Assembly: GCA_963787255.1 (NCBI GenBank)
Contig: CAWBCJ010000018.1
Coordinates: forward strand, 32,001 to 96,000
DNA from: Methanobacteriota archaeon
GTDB taxonomy: Archaea > Methanobacteriota > Methanobacteria > Methanobacteriales > Methanobacteriaceae
DNA: 64,000 nt
Direction of reading: 5' to 3'
A program made the translations under genes and the position numbers. Positions 10,556 through 20,985 of the stretch are shown here, piece after piece. The notes below the pieces were generated by a model that saw only the letters and a program-made list of their open reading frames with translations, was not told the origin of the DNA and did no database searches. Every line of letters begins with the position of its first letter. The first letter of the stretch is position 1.

Positions 10556-11935
10556 TTATTCCTCCATGCTGAAATTCTTGCTGCTTGCAATTTCAAGAGC
10601 ATTGATAATTGCCCGGGCCTTGCTTTCGCACTCATAATATTCATTTTCAGGATTAGAATCGTGCACGATTCCTGCACCGGCCTGTATTTTGGCATGATTA
10701 CCGTTACAGATTAAAGTTCGTATTGTAATTGCAAAATCGGCATTTCCATTAACTGAAAAATATCCCAAAGCTCCGGCATATGGTCCCCTGGAAATTCCTT
10801 CTAACTCATTGATTATTTCCATTGCCCTTATTTTAGGAGCACCGCTTACAGTTCCTGCAGGGAACATAGAGCCGAAAGCATCTACTGCGGTCATATCTTC
10901 TCTTAAAACTCCTGTAACACGTGAAACAATGTGTTGCACATGTGAGAATTTCTTTACTGTCATGTATTCAGGCACATGCACAGATTCAAATTCGCTTACT
11001 TTTCCAACGTCGTTTCTTGCTAAATCAACAAGCATCAGATGTTCTGCGAGCTCTTTTTCGTCTTGAAGGAGTTCAATTTCCAGTTTTTTATCTTCGTCTT
11101 CAGTTGTCCCTCTTTTGCGTGTTCCTGCTATTGGATATGTTTCAACATTTCTTCCTTCTACCCTTACAAGCATTTCTGGGCTTGAACCGATTATTTCATG
11201 CTCTTTAAGCTTTAGATGGTACATGTATGGTGAGGGGTTCATTTCGCGAAGTGTTTTATAAATTGAAAGTTTATCTCCACTTATTTCATATTCACGGGCA
11301 TTGGATATGACGCTCTGGAAAATTTCACCAGCTTTTATCTTTTCTTTAGCTTTGATCACCATTTTTTCGTACTTTTCTTTGGTATAATGGTGGTTTTTGA
11401 ATTTAAATTCAATATTTCCGATATTGTAAGATTTTTTTGCAACTTTAATTATTTCTTGAACTCTGTTTTCTCCAAGGGTCACGTATTTGCATTTATTTTT
11501 TAATCTATCAAAAACTATTGAATCTAAGAATAAACCAAATTGGAAATCAGGATAGTTGGACTCCTGAAATTTTATATTTTCAAAATGTCTTGTTGCCTCG
11601 TAGGAGATATAACCTACAAGACCCCCGTTAAATCCTTTTTGGTTAGTAATTTTTAAATTGAGCTTTTTTATCAAGTTAAATGGATTTTGTGATTTAATTT
11701 CTTCTTTGATTCCATCTTTTTCTATTTCCAATATATTTCCACGTGCTTTTAGGATTGCTGCTGGTTTAAAGCCCAGTACAGAATATCTGGCAAGACCGCT
11801 GTCGCTTTCCATTGATTCAAGGAGGAAAGCGCTATCATAGTTTCTATAAATATTTTTAAATAGTTCAAATGGGGAATCGAAGTCTAGTTCGATAGTTTGA
11901 GGTTTTTTTAACTTAATGTCGCCAAAAACATTCAC
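10556..11935 (-). CDS. trpE: Anthranilate synthase component I
   Basis: LLES, NPSPYMY, AEHLMLVDLARND, PAGTVSGAPK; annotated GTG start lacks a well-spaced RBS. Confidence 0.96.
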   Translation of the reverse strand: MNVFGDIKLKKPQTIELDFDSPFELFKNIYRNYDSAFLLESMESDSGLARYSVLGFKPAAILKARGNILEIEKDGIKEEIKSQNPFNLIKKLNLKITNQKGFNGGLVGYISYEATRHFENIKFQESNYPDFQFGLFLDSIVFDRLKNKCKYVTLGENRVQEIIKVAKKSYNIGNIEFKFKNHHYTKEKYEKMVIKAKEKIKAGEIFQSVISNAREYEISGDKLSIYKTLREMNPSPYMYHLKLKEHEIIGSSPEMLVRVEGRNVETYPIAGTRKRGTTEDEDKKLEIELLQDEKELAEHLMLVDLARNDVGKVSEFESVHVPEYMTVKKFSHVQHIVSRVTGVLREDMTAVDAFGSMFPAGTVSGAPKIRAMEIINELEGISRGPYAGALGYFSVNGNADFAITIRTLICNGNHAKIQAGAGIVHDSNPENEYYECESKARAIINALEIASSKNFSMEE

Positions 11936-11945
11936 TGCCTTTCAT
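11913..11945 (-). CDS. Putative trpE leader peptide MKGSECFWRH overlapping the trpE start
   Basis: AGGTG 7 nt before ATG; ATG AAA GGC AGT GAA TGT TTT TGG CGA CAT TAA; one Trp codon. Confidence 0.5.
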   Translation of the reverse strand: MKGSECFWRH

Positions 11946-11980
11946 ATTATTTCACCTTATATATTTCTTACAATTCAGTA

Positions 11981-12082
11981 TATACAGTAAAGTACTATTT
12001 AAAGCTTTATAGTACAAATATGTGCTTTAAAGAACTTTATATAGAATGAACAATATAGTGACGTTTAGAACAATTATGTACA
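11981..12082. promoter_or_regulatory. TRP boxes (TrpY operators) in the divergent trpE/trpY promoter region
   Basis: Three pairs of TGTACA-like hexamers, each pair 4 bp apart: TATACA/AGTACT (11981, 11991), AGTACA/TGTGCT (12011, 12021), AGAACA/TGTACA (12067, 12077); TGTACA is the known TrpY consensus in Methanothermobacter. Confidence 0.8.
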
Positions 12083-12103
12083 TAATGAATTGAGGATTAT
12101 AAC

Positions 12104-12607
12104 ATGTGGGAAAAAATCAAACATAAATTTGAAAAATATCCTGCCCGAATGGATGTAGCACGTAAAATAATTGAATATGGACTTCGTGTAGGAGAAAAAG
12201 GAAAAATATACTGCGGAGACATCGAAATAAGTGACGTAGCCATTGCAAGAGCAACAAAAGTTGATAGAAGAAGCATTAAAGCTACTGTAAACATAATACT
12301 TGAAGATGAACAGCTGGCAAAAATATTCAAAAACATCACTCCTGCAGGACCCCTAGTTAAAAATGTAGCTAAGGATCTTGGCTTTGGAATTGTGGAAATA
12401 GAAGCAGAAGCAGGAAACCCTGGAATAATAGCTAGTGCTACAGATTTAATAGCCACTAACAGGATAAGCATAAGGCAGGTGCACGCAGGAGACCCAGAAT
12501 TTGAAGAAAATCCCCGCCTTACCATAATAACAGAAAAACCAATTGAAGGTAACCTCATAAATGAATTTTTAAAAATAGAAGGCGTAAAACGAGTGTCTAT
12601 TTACTAA
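12104..12607 (+). CDS. trpY: Tryptophan-sensing transcription regulator (HTH plus ACT domain)
   Basis: Divergent from trpE; MW N-terminus; IARATKVDRR HTH; ACT-like PGIIA...ISIRQ. Confidence 0.88.
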   Translation: MWEKIKHKFEKYPARMDVARKIIEYGLRVGEKGKIYCGDIEISDVAIARATKVDRRSIKATVNIILEDEQLAKIFKNITPAGPLVKNVAKDLGFGIVEIEAEAGNPGIIASATDLIATNRISIRQVHAGDPEFEENPRLTIITEKPIEGNLINEFLKIEGVKRVSIY

Positions 12608-12697
12608 TATAATACATTAAATTTATAAGTTATAAAACAATATTTATAAAAAAAGTTATAACAAATAAATAAAACAATTACAATGCAGGTGTAAACA

Positions 12698-12793
12698 ATG
12701 GATGAAGCTATTTTACTCTTAATATTAATTTTTGCAAGCTTTATTGGAGTTTCAGCCCTTACTTTCGTCATGAACAAAAACGCAACCGATTAG
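12698..12793 (+). CDS. 31-aa single-transmembrane small protein
   Basis: AGGTG RBS; MDEAILLLILIFASFIGVSALTFVMNKNATD; below the ORF-track cutoff. Confidence 0.6.
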   Translation: MDEAILLLILIFASFIGVSALTFVMNKNATD

Positions 12794-13012
12794 CTAAACT
12801 CAAAAATTATCTAATTTTGAATTTAATATGGTTAAGAAATATTTATTTTATTTTTCATTATTGTTAGATTATAGTTAAATATTGGCTTTTTATAAAAAAA
12901 AGCGTAAAAACTAATATAAAAATTGAAAATTCTGATTTTAAAAAAAATAAATTATAAAATAAAAAAAATAGTTCTGAAAAAATTAAAGTTGATTATAAAA
13001 AAAATAGATGAT

Positions 13013-13249
13013 TTACTTATTATCCTCTTCATCTAATGCTTTTAACAGTTCTTCCCATGCTTCTAAGGATTCTTTAGCTTCCTGATCGCTTAAGACCTCA
13101 ATAGCATATCCTGAATGAACTAGAACGTATCTGCCCACGTCCACATTTTCTACTAAATCCAGTTTAGCGTTTTGTCTTACTCCTCCAAAGTCAACTACTG
13201 CTACATTATCGTTAATTTCTACTATCTGAGCTGGTGCTGCGATACACAT
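13013..13249 (-). CDS. hypC: Hydrogenase maturation chaperone HypC
   Basis: MCIAAPAQI N-terminus; YVLVHSGYAI. Confidence 0.95.
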   Translation of the reverse strand: MCIAAPAQIVEINDNVAVVDFGGVRQNAKLDLVENVDVGRYVLVHSGYAIEVLSDQEAKESLEAWEELLKALDEEDNK

Positions 13250-13406
13250 TGAAAATCTCCTCTTATTTCCATTTTTAAGATATATTAATTTTAAATTATT
13301 TCTATAATAAAGTTAAATTTAGAATTATTTTATTCTGTATACAAATTTTTTTAATAATTTTAATATGTACTCATAACATATAAAAATATGTTATGGAGGA
13401 TGAACC

Positions 13407-14697
13407 ATGGATATTGTAGTAATTGGTGGAGGTCCAGCAGGTCGAACAGCCTCAATTGAAGCAGCAAGCATTGGAGAAAACGTTACTCTAATTGAAGGAA
13501 ACTCAATTGGAGGTACGTGCCTTAATGAAGGCTGCATGGTAGTCTGCGGCTTAAATGACTTTTCAAAATTTCTGCTGGATGCGAAAAACTTTAAAAATCT
13601 TGGTATAATTGATAAAACTCACGAATTTGAATTTGATAAAGTAATAAAAGGCAGTAAAGAATACTATTTCTAAAATAAGTCATGTTCTTGAATATGAAAC
13701 TAAAAAAGCAGGAGCAGAAATAGTAATGGGAAATGCAAAGATTGAAGATGAAACTGTCCTTGTTGATAATGAAGAATATGACTATGACAAATTGATAATA
13801 TCTACTGGTGCTAGACCGTTTATTCCAGAGATTGAAGGCGCAGAGAACGCAATTACTTATAAAGATATTTTAAAATTAACTGAACTTCCAGAAAAGATGA
13901 ATATATTAGGTAGTGGAGTTATTGCAGCTGAATTTGCTGGGGTATTCTCTATAATGGGTACAGAGATTAATATTTTATGTAGAAACCAGTTTTTAGGAGC
14001 ACTTGACGAAGATATCAAAGATTACGTCACTAAAAACCTTTTAACTGATGTTGTAATCCACGAAAATGTCCAGACAAAAAAGATTTATAAAGATCATATA
14101 TCAACAGAATACGGAAAAATAGATGGTAAAACTCTTTTTGCAACAGGTACAGTTCCAAATTCTGAAATAGCTTCAGATATTGTGGATATAAACGAAAAAG
14201 GCCATATAATTGTGGATAATAAGATGCAGACAAGTAATGAAAACATATATGCTGCAGGAGATGTAGCTGGAAAAATAGGTAACACTCCGATTTCAAGGGC
14301 AGAAGGAGTAACTGCAGCAAGAAATGCCTGTGGAATCTATACAGAAATGGATTACAGTCTTATTCCCTATTCAATAAATTTATATTACGACGTAGCATTT
14401 TTAAGTTCTGAAAATGAGAGCGGAGGTATAGATGGATATATTCCAGGTTCTGCAGGGCCGGGATCATTTTGGAGAGCTCTTGAGGGTATGACAGGGCTCA
14501 CGAAGATGAATGTAAATGAAAATAGAGGTGTTAATAATATATTTTCAATTTCACCTTCTTCAGGCACCAGTATGGCATATATATCTAAGTTATTAAGAGA
14601 AGGGCAGAAAATAGATGATTTCGATGATTTTATGGAAGTTCATCCTTCCACAGATGCAATTTATAAATTAATGAGGTTTTTTGCCAGGTTTGAATGA
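13407..14697 (+). CDS. Dihydrolipoamide dehydrogenase-like FAD/NAD disulfide oxidoreductase (one frameshift near 13652)
   Basis: GGGPAG, GGTCLNEGC redox disulfide, YAAGD, C-terminal HP; the two ORFs join if one base is removed. Confidence 0.85.
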
Positions 14698-14786
14698 CTT
14701 TAAAAATGAAATTGCCTATTATAATTTAAAATCCCTTTTAAATTTATATTTAATAAAAAATAAAAGTTAATGAAGGTGAAAAAAAA

Positions 14787-15152
14787 ATGTTAAACTGGAA
14801 ATCATTAGGTTTTGGACTTATATTAGCTGTAATATTATATTTCATGTTTTTATCCTTTGGATTAGGACTTTTAGGAATATTAAGCTTTATCATAGCCCCA
14901 TTAATAGGAGGATATATTGTTGGGGTTGATGCAAAGACGGGGGCCATTCATGGAGCAATTATCGGCTTTTTTGGAAGCTTAATAGCCATATTATTGTTTG
15001 TAGCGCTTGTTAGTTTCTATTCTGGCCCACAATTATCTTTAACAGTTATTGTAATAATTACACTAATTTTAAGATTTATTATTTTTGGAATTATTGGTGC
15101 AGTTATGGGCAGTATAGGTGCTATACTTAAAAATAGAGCTTTAAAACAGTGA
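14787..15152 (+). CDS. Small glycine-rich membrane protein (DUF5518-like)
   Basis: Four hydrophobic helices, IAPLIGGYIVG...GAIHGAIIG; similar to 24285..24680. Confidence 0.7.
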   Translation: MLNWKSLGFGLILAVILYFMFLSFGLGLLGILSFIIAPLIGGYIVGVDAKTGAIHGAIIGFFGSLIAILLFVALVSFYSGPQLSLTVIVIITLILRFIIFGIIGAVMGSIGAILKNRALKQ

Positions 15153-15208
15153 ATTATTTCATTTTACTTTTTTTTCTCTAATTCATAAAAAGAAAAAATT
15201 AGTGTAAG

Positions 15209-16249
15209 TTATTTAATTGAGTTATAAATTATTTTCGCGATTTTATCAGAAGATTGAAGCACTTCTGCACCATATTTGGATGCATTATCCTTTTTTTTAT
15301 CCATATTTTCTAAAAACAATTTTACAGTTTGATCCAGGTTATCAAGATCACTTTCAACCATAGCTCCCTTAAATACTTCCCCCATATTATGATAACGCCC
15401 ATATTTAACTCTTAATAATGTAATTATGGGTAAGTTGCAGGCTATTGCTTCGTGAAGCATCACACCATCGTCAGTTATAATAACAAAATCAGCTAATTTG
15501 TACAGGTCTTTAACCCAGTTAATATAACCCAGATATATGATTCCGGGCGTTTCAAGATATTTACGATATTTTTCGTCAAGAGGATCTCCAATTACAACAA
15601 TATTCGCTTTAATCTCGCTATCTCTAAGTTTTGGTGCTGCAAGGGCCATCTTTTCAAAGAGAGTGGATCCTGATGATAAAAGTATGGTTGGAAGTTCTGG
15701 ATCATATTCTTCTGGCATTTGTTCCAGTGCTTTTTCCATATTTCCTGTAATTACATCTGGATTTATAGGCATATAACATTTGTACAGATTGGAATTAGTT
15801 GTTTCTATATTAAATAATGGAGATTCTGGAAGTGCAATTGTAGTGGTAAGTTTTGCTACCTGGGAGTCCGAAGGGGTTGAAACAATTCCTACAGAGGGTA
15901 TACCGGCTATTTTTGCAGTTGAACATCCCACAATAGCTCCACCGCCAATAGTTCCTACTACAACGTCAGGTTTTACTTTTCTATATAATTTTAAGGCTTC
16001 AAAAATGGCCTTGATAGTTTTTAAACCCCCAGTAACACGGGAGAATTTAGTGGCAGCATGCCCTCCTGCCTGTGGAATGCTGGTTTCATACCATTTAATG
16101 TCATATTTTTTAAATAGTAAACCTGGAGATCCATGATTAAGTGCGAATTCACATTCTAATCCGTATTTAGATAAAGCTTTAGATATATTGAGGGCTACGG
16201 CAGCATCTCCTCCTATTCCTCTTCCGGTTACTACAAATAATGCTTTCAT
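15209..16249 (-). CDS. MurG-like GT28 glycosyltransferase (probable pseudomurein synthesis)
   Basis: TGRGIGGD N-terminal loop, KPDVVVGTIGGG, SGS, YLGYINWV, GT-B pattern. Confidence 0.75.
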   Translation of the reverse strand: MKALFVVTGRGIGGDAAVALNISKALSKYGLECEFALNHGSPGLLFKKYDIKWYETSIPQAGGHAATKFSRVTGGLKTIKAIFEALKLYRKVKPDVVVGTIGGGAIVGCSTAKIAGIPSVGIVSTPSDSQVAKLTTTIALPESPLFNIETTNSNLYKCYMPINPDVITGNMEKALEQMPEEYDPELPTILLSSGSTLFEKMALAAPKLRDSEIKANIVVIGDPLDEKYRKYLETPGIIYLGYINWVKDLYKLADFVIITDDGVMLHEAIACNLPIITLLRVKYGRYHNMGEVFKGAMVESDLDNLDQTVKLFLENMDKKKDNASKYGAEVLQSSDKIAKIIYNSIK

Positions 16250-16452
16250 TGAACCATCCCATTAAAATACAATCTTTTATTCATTAATTTCTTTTTTTTC
16301 TCTATTGAATAATTGTAAGCTTAAAATTAGATATATAATCACAGGATTTAATAATATATTTTATAAAATAATACATTAAAATTAGAATACATTATCATTT
16401 ACTTAAAAAAAATGAATAGTTTATTTTAAACATATAAATAAAAAAAATAGAG

Positions 16453-17001
16453 TTAGTCAGATGTTTCTGTTTCTTCTTTGCCTTCTAAAGTATCTAATCT
16501 TTGTTCAATGTGTTCAAATTTCTTATTAGCGTGGCCTCTGTATTCATTAAATCGTCTTTCTAGATCGTCTATGTCCCTTGCTACTTTGCTGTATTTCTTT
16601 TCAAGCTTGCCTACATCAGATTTTGTGGCTAATTCCCAATCTTCTATGAGCTGATCACTCTGTTCGTTTAAAAATTCATCAATTCGCCCCGATAGGACAT
16701 CTGTACTTATTGGCACTTCTTTAACCTTTCCTTTTAGCATTTCACCCATTCCAGATACTCTTTCACCTACTCCTGACATTCTACCTTCCCCTTCAACATT
16801 ACGGCTGCTGTATTGTTGGGAAATCCCATCAGAAACACGGCTGCCCGCATCTGAGACTCCTTTCCCCATATTAGAAGCACTTGATTTTAATGTGTCAAAA
16901 CCTGCACTACCTGTTCTATTCATTTCCTGGAGGTAATAGTATAAAAGCACAATTACTGCACCTGCTAAGATTAGAATTGCAAATATTTCCAAGGCTGTCA
17001 T
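16453..17001 (-). CDS. Single-pass membrane protein with C-terminal coiled coil
   Basis: N-terminal TM helix, G/S-rich linker, heptad-rich C-terminus. Confidence 0.75.
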   Translation of the reverse strand: MTALEIFAILILAGAVIVLLYYYLQEMNRTGSAGFDTLKSSASNMGKGVSDAGSRVSDGISQQYSSRNVEGEGRMSGVGERVSGMGEMLKGKVKEVPISTDVLSGRIDEFLNEQSDQLIEDWELATKSDVGKLEKKYSKVARDIDDLERRFNEYRGHANKKFEHIEQRLDTLEGKEETETSD

Positions 17002-17004
17002 AAA

Positions 17005-17445
17005 TTATTTCCTCCTTGAAGTATTTTCTACTTTTTTATCCAGATCGCTTTCTTTTTTTTCTAGATCTTTCATTAATTTTTGAAGTTTCCCATATTCTGC
17101 TTTAGCTTCCAGGCGAGCAACCCTTTCGCCTATTTCACTGTGGAGAAACCCAACTTTGTGCATGATATCCGAAGTATTCCTTCTTATATTAGCAAGTTCT
17201 TCCTGCTGTTCTTGGGGGAGCGGTAAAACGTTTTCCATCATGCGTTTAGTTTCTAGATCCTTTTCTACAAGAGAAATCTTTTTAAGTTCCACCTGCTTAT
17301 TTACCAGAGCTACATTGTTTTGTGTTTCTCTGACTTTTTTCCATTGCGTAACAACGATTATGATCACGATCGTTGCTAAAACTGCTAATATTATCCATAC
17401 AATATTTTCTGAAATTGCCGTAACAGCATCAGCCATATTTTTCAC
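17005..17445 (-). CDS. Single-pass membrane coiled-coil protein
   Basis: TM helix followed by a long coiled coil; 3-bp gap to the next gene. Confidence 0.75.
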   Translation of the reverse strand: MKNMADAVTAISENIVWIILAVLATIVIIIVVTQWKKVRETQNNVALVNKQVELKKISLVEKDLETKRMMENVLPLPQEQQEELANIRRNTSDIMHKVGFLHSEIGERVARLEAKAEYGKLQKLMKDLEKKESDLDKKVENTSRRK

Positions 17446-17511
17446 CTTTTATTATTTTTTTCCAAGATTTTTTTATCTATTTTAAGATGGCTATAACTTA
17501 GAACCAATAAG

Positions 17512-17760
17512 TCATTCTAATGCAGGTTCATCTACATTTCCTTTAATAAGTATTTTATCTCCGATTTGTTTAACCATGTGGTAAGGAATTATTTTTTCTT
17601 CTTTGGATAAACCTAAACTTTCCGAAATTCCGCCTTCTCCCAACACGATTGCTTCAATTTCATTATTACTCCAGTTTATTTCAACGTCTTTTACTTTACC
17701 AACTACCATTCCAGAACTGTCTATAACTTCTTTTCCTTTTATTTGTTCTGCTACTCTCAT
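17512..17760 (-). CDS. PRC-barrel protein (CdpB-like)
   Basis: GKEVIDSSGMVVGKVKDVEI...IIPYHMVKQIGDKILI. Confidence 0.85.
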   Translation of the reverse strand: MRVAEQIKGKEVIDSSGMVVGKVKDVEINWSNNEIEAIVLGEGGISESLGLSKEEKIIPYHMVKQIGDKILIKGNVDEPALE

Positions 17761-17931
17761 TTTATCACCATTATTATCCTTTAAACAATTTTTTTGGGTT
17801 TTTCATATCCATTAAAGGGTTATCAAAGACGTAATTCTAATGATAGTAATCCATGCAACTTACTGTCCGTTTTTCACCCTTAAAAATTCTTTTATTCTTA
17901 ATTTATATTTAAATAACCTTTTATATATACT

Positions 17932-17965
17932 TTAATTGTACATTTAAATTAGATAATTATTTATA
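17932..17965 (+). promoter_or_regulatory. Palindrome-TATA element copy 1
   Basis: TTAATTGTACATTTAA-ATTAGATAATTA-TTTATA. Confidence 0.85.
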
Positions 17966-18008
17966 TTAGGAAATTCCTTATAATATTATAAAAAAGGAGG
18001 TGAAATAA

Positions 18009-18371
18009 ATGGAAGAAGTTAAAGAAGTGAAATCCATGACTAAAACTGTGAAATCTTTGCCTGTATTTGATATTTCTTTGATAGTGTCAGTGATTGCTTT
18101 GATTTTATCATTCATAGCCGGAATCCTATACTTCATTATCGGATATTCAACAATATACCAAATAAGCACATATATCATCAGTTTAAACCCTGAAACCGCT
18201 ACTGTCGTAAACTCAATTGCTGGTTCAATCACAGCTATGGGAGCATTATATCTAATCATAGTTTGGCCTATTATGGCATTCATAGGAACATTTATAGCAA
18301 CAGCCATAGCCGTATTACTATACAACTACTTAGCACCTAGAATTGGCGGCATTAAATTAGAACTCGAATAA
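18009..18371 (+). CDS. Membrane protein (DUF3566-like)
   Basis: GGAGGTG RBS; hydrophobic helices; LLYNYLAPRIGGIKLELE C-terminus. Confidence 0.75.
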   Translation: MEEVKEVKSMTKTVKSLPVFDISLIVSVIALILSFIAGILYFIIGYSTIYQISTYIISLNPETATVVNSIAGSITAMGALYLIIVWPIMAFIGTFIATAIAVLLYNYLAPRIGGIKLELE

Positions 18372-18447
18372 AAAAATTAAATTTTTTTTCTTTTTCAATT
18401 AAAAAATAATAATATTTAGTGGATTAAAACATAATGGAGGTGAAATA

Positions 18448-18606
18448 ATGGCAGAAACACAACAAATAAGCGGTGGAGCAATGATTGCATGGGCTATTAT
18501 ACTTGGAATCATTTTATTGCTCTTCCCAGGTTTAGTAATCTGGTTCGCTTGGTTTTCAGTATTCGTATTACTCTTTGGAGGTATTGCTGCCTTGTTATCA
18601 AAATAA
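18448..18606 (+). CDS. 52-aa two-helix membrane protein (single DUF308-like unit)
   Basis: GGAGGTG RBS; MAETQQISGGAMIAWAIILGIILLLFPGLVIWFAWFSVFVLLFGGIAALLSK; not in the ORF track. Confidence 0.75.
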   Translation: MAETQQISGGAMIAWAIILGIILLLFPGLVIWFAWFSVFVLLFGGIAALLSK

Positions 18607-19255
18607 TTCTAATTATAACCTTGAGTATAAAAATCTCATAAATTTTTCTTTTTTTTATCCTCTGCAAACTTTAAACGACATAATTTTGCGCTGATGGTCA
18701 ATATATCTTATTAAAACACTTCAATTCCAATTAACTCAGATAATCTTATTTTTAAACTATTAAAACTTCCAAATCCTATTATTAATTATTTTAGCTACAA
18801 TTCAGACATTATTAAGGTTTAATACCGAATATTATCTAAGATCAAATTGTTCCATAAACTGTTAAACACGTTTTATTGAAACATTTTAACAGCATAAAAA
18901 AAAATGCTAAAAGAAACAAAAAAAATACCATTTTTTTAACTCATGTAATCCTAATTAAAGAAGAATTCATAATTAAAAAAATGATTAAGAGATTTAAAAA
19001 GTGAAAAGATTGGTTAAGCTCTTAGATAAATGTATATCCTATATTATATCAAAATTATAGCAATCCTGTTAATCCGGAATACATCTGTGCTTATTATTAT
19101 GATTCTGTTCATTTTATTATTCAATATGACTCCAGAAACATTTATTTTTTCATCTATTCCTGAAATACGTTTATCATCGTCTGAAACCTTTTTAAATCTT
19201 CAGAAAAATTATTTTTTTCATCCATTTCAGACAAAGGGCATTTTCCATATCCATT

Positions 19256-20119
19256 TTACTCTAAATCACTGGTTCCATCTTCAACTATAACTCCTGTTCC
19301 AGTAGCAGTTACAATTAATGCTGTGCCCTGTAACCCGCCCATAGAGACATAGTCAATTATAACATCTATCACATTATTAGCTCCAATTGATTTAGCCTCC
19401 TCGAGCATTCGATATATGGCCAATTCCCTGGCTTCTCCTAAATAGAAGTCATCCAATAGAGTAGGTTCAATTATCTTTGTAAGCTTAGAGAGTTGCCCTT
19501 CAGACTTTTTTTCTTCTGCTACAGCTTCTCCACCAACTAAACCTACATATTTCTTTATTTTCCCCCCGTCTACAGGAGGAACAGATAATAGAGGTATAGC
19601 TAGTTCATCAAGGAAAATATCATCAGCAGATGGTCCAGCAATTATTTCCTCTTTTCCTTCGGCTTCAGGAGCTTTTCTCATAATTTTAGAAGGAATGAAA
19701 ATCAGGAATCCTATAAACTTTCTGACTATACCCACGCCAACCACAAAAAGAATATAATTTATCAATGTAGGGAATGCAGCTTGAAGAGTTAATATTATAG
19801 CAATTATAGTAATTAAACTGAGTTTGAAAGGCTCTTTGGGAAAAATATATCCCGGAGAGAACCAGCCATAACCATTGATTATCATGAATGTTAGAAGAGC
19901 GCTGATAGCGCCTGTGCTTTTACCATACTTCCTACGAGCTATGAAGGTTTCAACAAATCCTGCAAGTAGTGGGGAAACTATATACATGATATTGAATCCA
20001 AAAATAACTAAATTCCATGCTAAACATATAACAGCTGAACCAAATCCCACCAAAGTAGCAAAGATTATGGCAACAAGTGCCCAACGTTTTTCTTTAAGAA
20101 ATTTTACAAATGAAGCCAT
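19256..20119 (-). CDS. Membrane protein fused to a C-terminal YbjQ-like domain
   Basis: N-terminal TM helices; ARELAIYRMLEEAKSIGANNVIDV...VTATGTGV. Confidence 0.8.
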   Translation of the reverse strand: MASFVKFLKEKRWALVAIIFATLVGFGSAVICLAWNLVIFGFNIMYIVSPLLAGFVETFIARRKYGKSTGAISALLTFMIINGYGWFSPGYIFPKEPFKLSLITIIAIILTLQAAFPTLINYILFVVGVGIVRKFIGFLIFIPSKIMRKAPEAEGKEEIIAGPSADDIFLDELAIPLLSVPPVDGGKIKKYVGLVGGEAVAEEKKSEGQLSKLTKIIEPTLLDDFYLGEARELAIYRMLEEAKSIGANNVIDVIIDYVSMGGLQGTALIVTATGTGVIVEDGTSDLE

Positions 20120-20151
20120 AGTTTCATCTCTAAATTAAGATTAAAAATTAA

Positions 20152-20478
20152 TTATTCTTGATAAGTAACTGCAGTTCCAAAGACAGTGACCATTATAGTG
20201 TTTCCCATGGTGCCGCCCAGATTATGATAAGCCACACGAGTTCCTATAACAGCATTAGCACCTTTTTTCTCTGCTTTTTCTTGCATACTCTGCAGAGCTA
20301 ATTTCCTGGCACTTGTAATCTCTTCTTCATATTTAGAGGTTCTTCCCCCTACCACATCTCTCACTCCTGAGAACATATCCTTGTACATATTTGCTCCCAA
20401 GAGGGAATCTCCAGTTACTAAACCATGATATTCATTTATTTTTTTCCCTTCAATAGTTGGTGTAGTTAATATCAGCAT
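20152..20478 (-). CDS. YbjQ/UPF0145 family protein
   Basis: [10 protein letters not shown]...GLVTG...RDVVGGR...GANAVIG...GTAV. Confidence 0.9.
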   Translation of the reverse strand: MLILTTPTIEGKKINEYHGLVTGDSLLGANMYKDMFSGVRDVVGGRTSKYEEEITSARKLALQSMQEKAEKKGANAVIGTRVAYHNLGGTMGNTIMVTVFGTAVTYQE

Positions 20479-20586
20479 TCAATCTCCCCTTAAACTTTAT
20501 AAAAATTTTTTAATATTAAGCTATAATACACTCGATGGTTTTGTATACTTTAAACCATTTTTGACATATATATTAAATATAATATT

Positions 20587-20840
20587 TTATTGAATATTTA
20601 AATCTATAAATATTTCTTTTTTTATACTTTCAAATTCCTCTTCAGTGATTGCTCCAGAATCTAATAATTCTTTGGCTTTTTTAATTTTATCCATAGGAAT
20701 AAACTTTTCTGATTTACCGAATTTCACTTTTCATGTCTCTTCTGATTAATCTTCCTGTCTTTTTGAGGCTTAGACCATCTTTTTCAAGTTTTAATTCTAT
20801 TTTGTTACCTTCATGATGCCCAACTACTATCTTGATTACC
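20587..20840 (-). pseudogene. Decayed SHOCT-domain gene
   Basis: MDKIKKAKELLDSGAITEEEFESIKKEI at 20694-20587; disrupted upstream reading (…GNKIELKLEKDGLSLKKTG…). Confidence 0.6.
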
Positions 20841-20889
20841 CTAATTTTTTATTGACAAAGTATATTTATGAATAATTTTATTTATGTTT

Positions 20890-20923
20890 TTAATTGTACA
20901 TTTAAAATAAATAATTATTTATA
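20890..20923 (+). promoter_or_regulatory. Palindrome-TATA element copy 2
   Basis: TTAATTGTACATTTAA-AATAAATAATTA-TTTATA upstream of the MFS gene. Confidence 0.85.
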
Positions 20924-20985
20924 TTTAAATTAAATAGTTATAATAGTTGATAATTTAAGGTATATAATCAGGAGTTAACTAATTA

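Noticed and set aside
19030-19290. 86-aa plus-strand ORF
   Set aside because: No RBS, low-complexity AT-rich composition, and overlap with the end of the YbjQ-fusion gene
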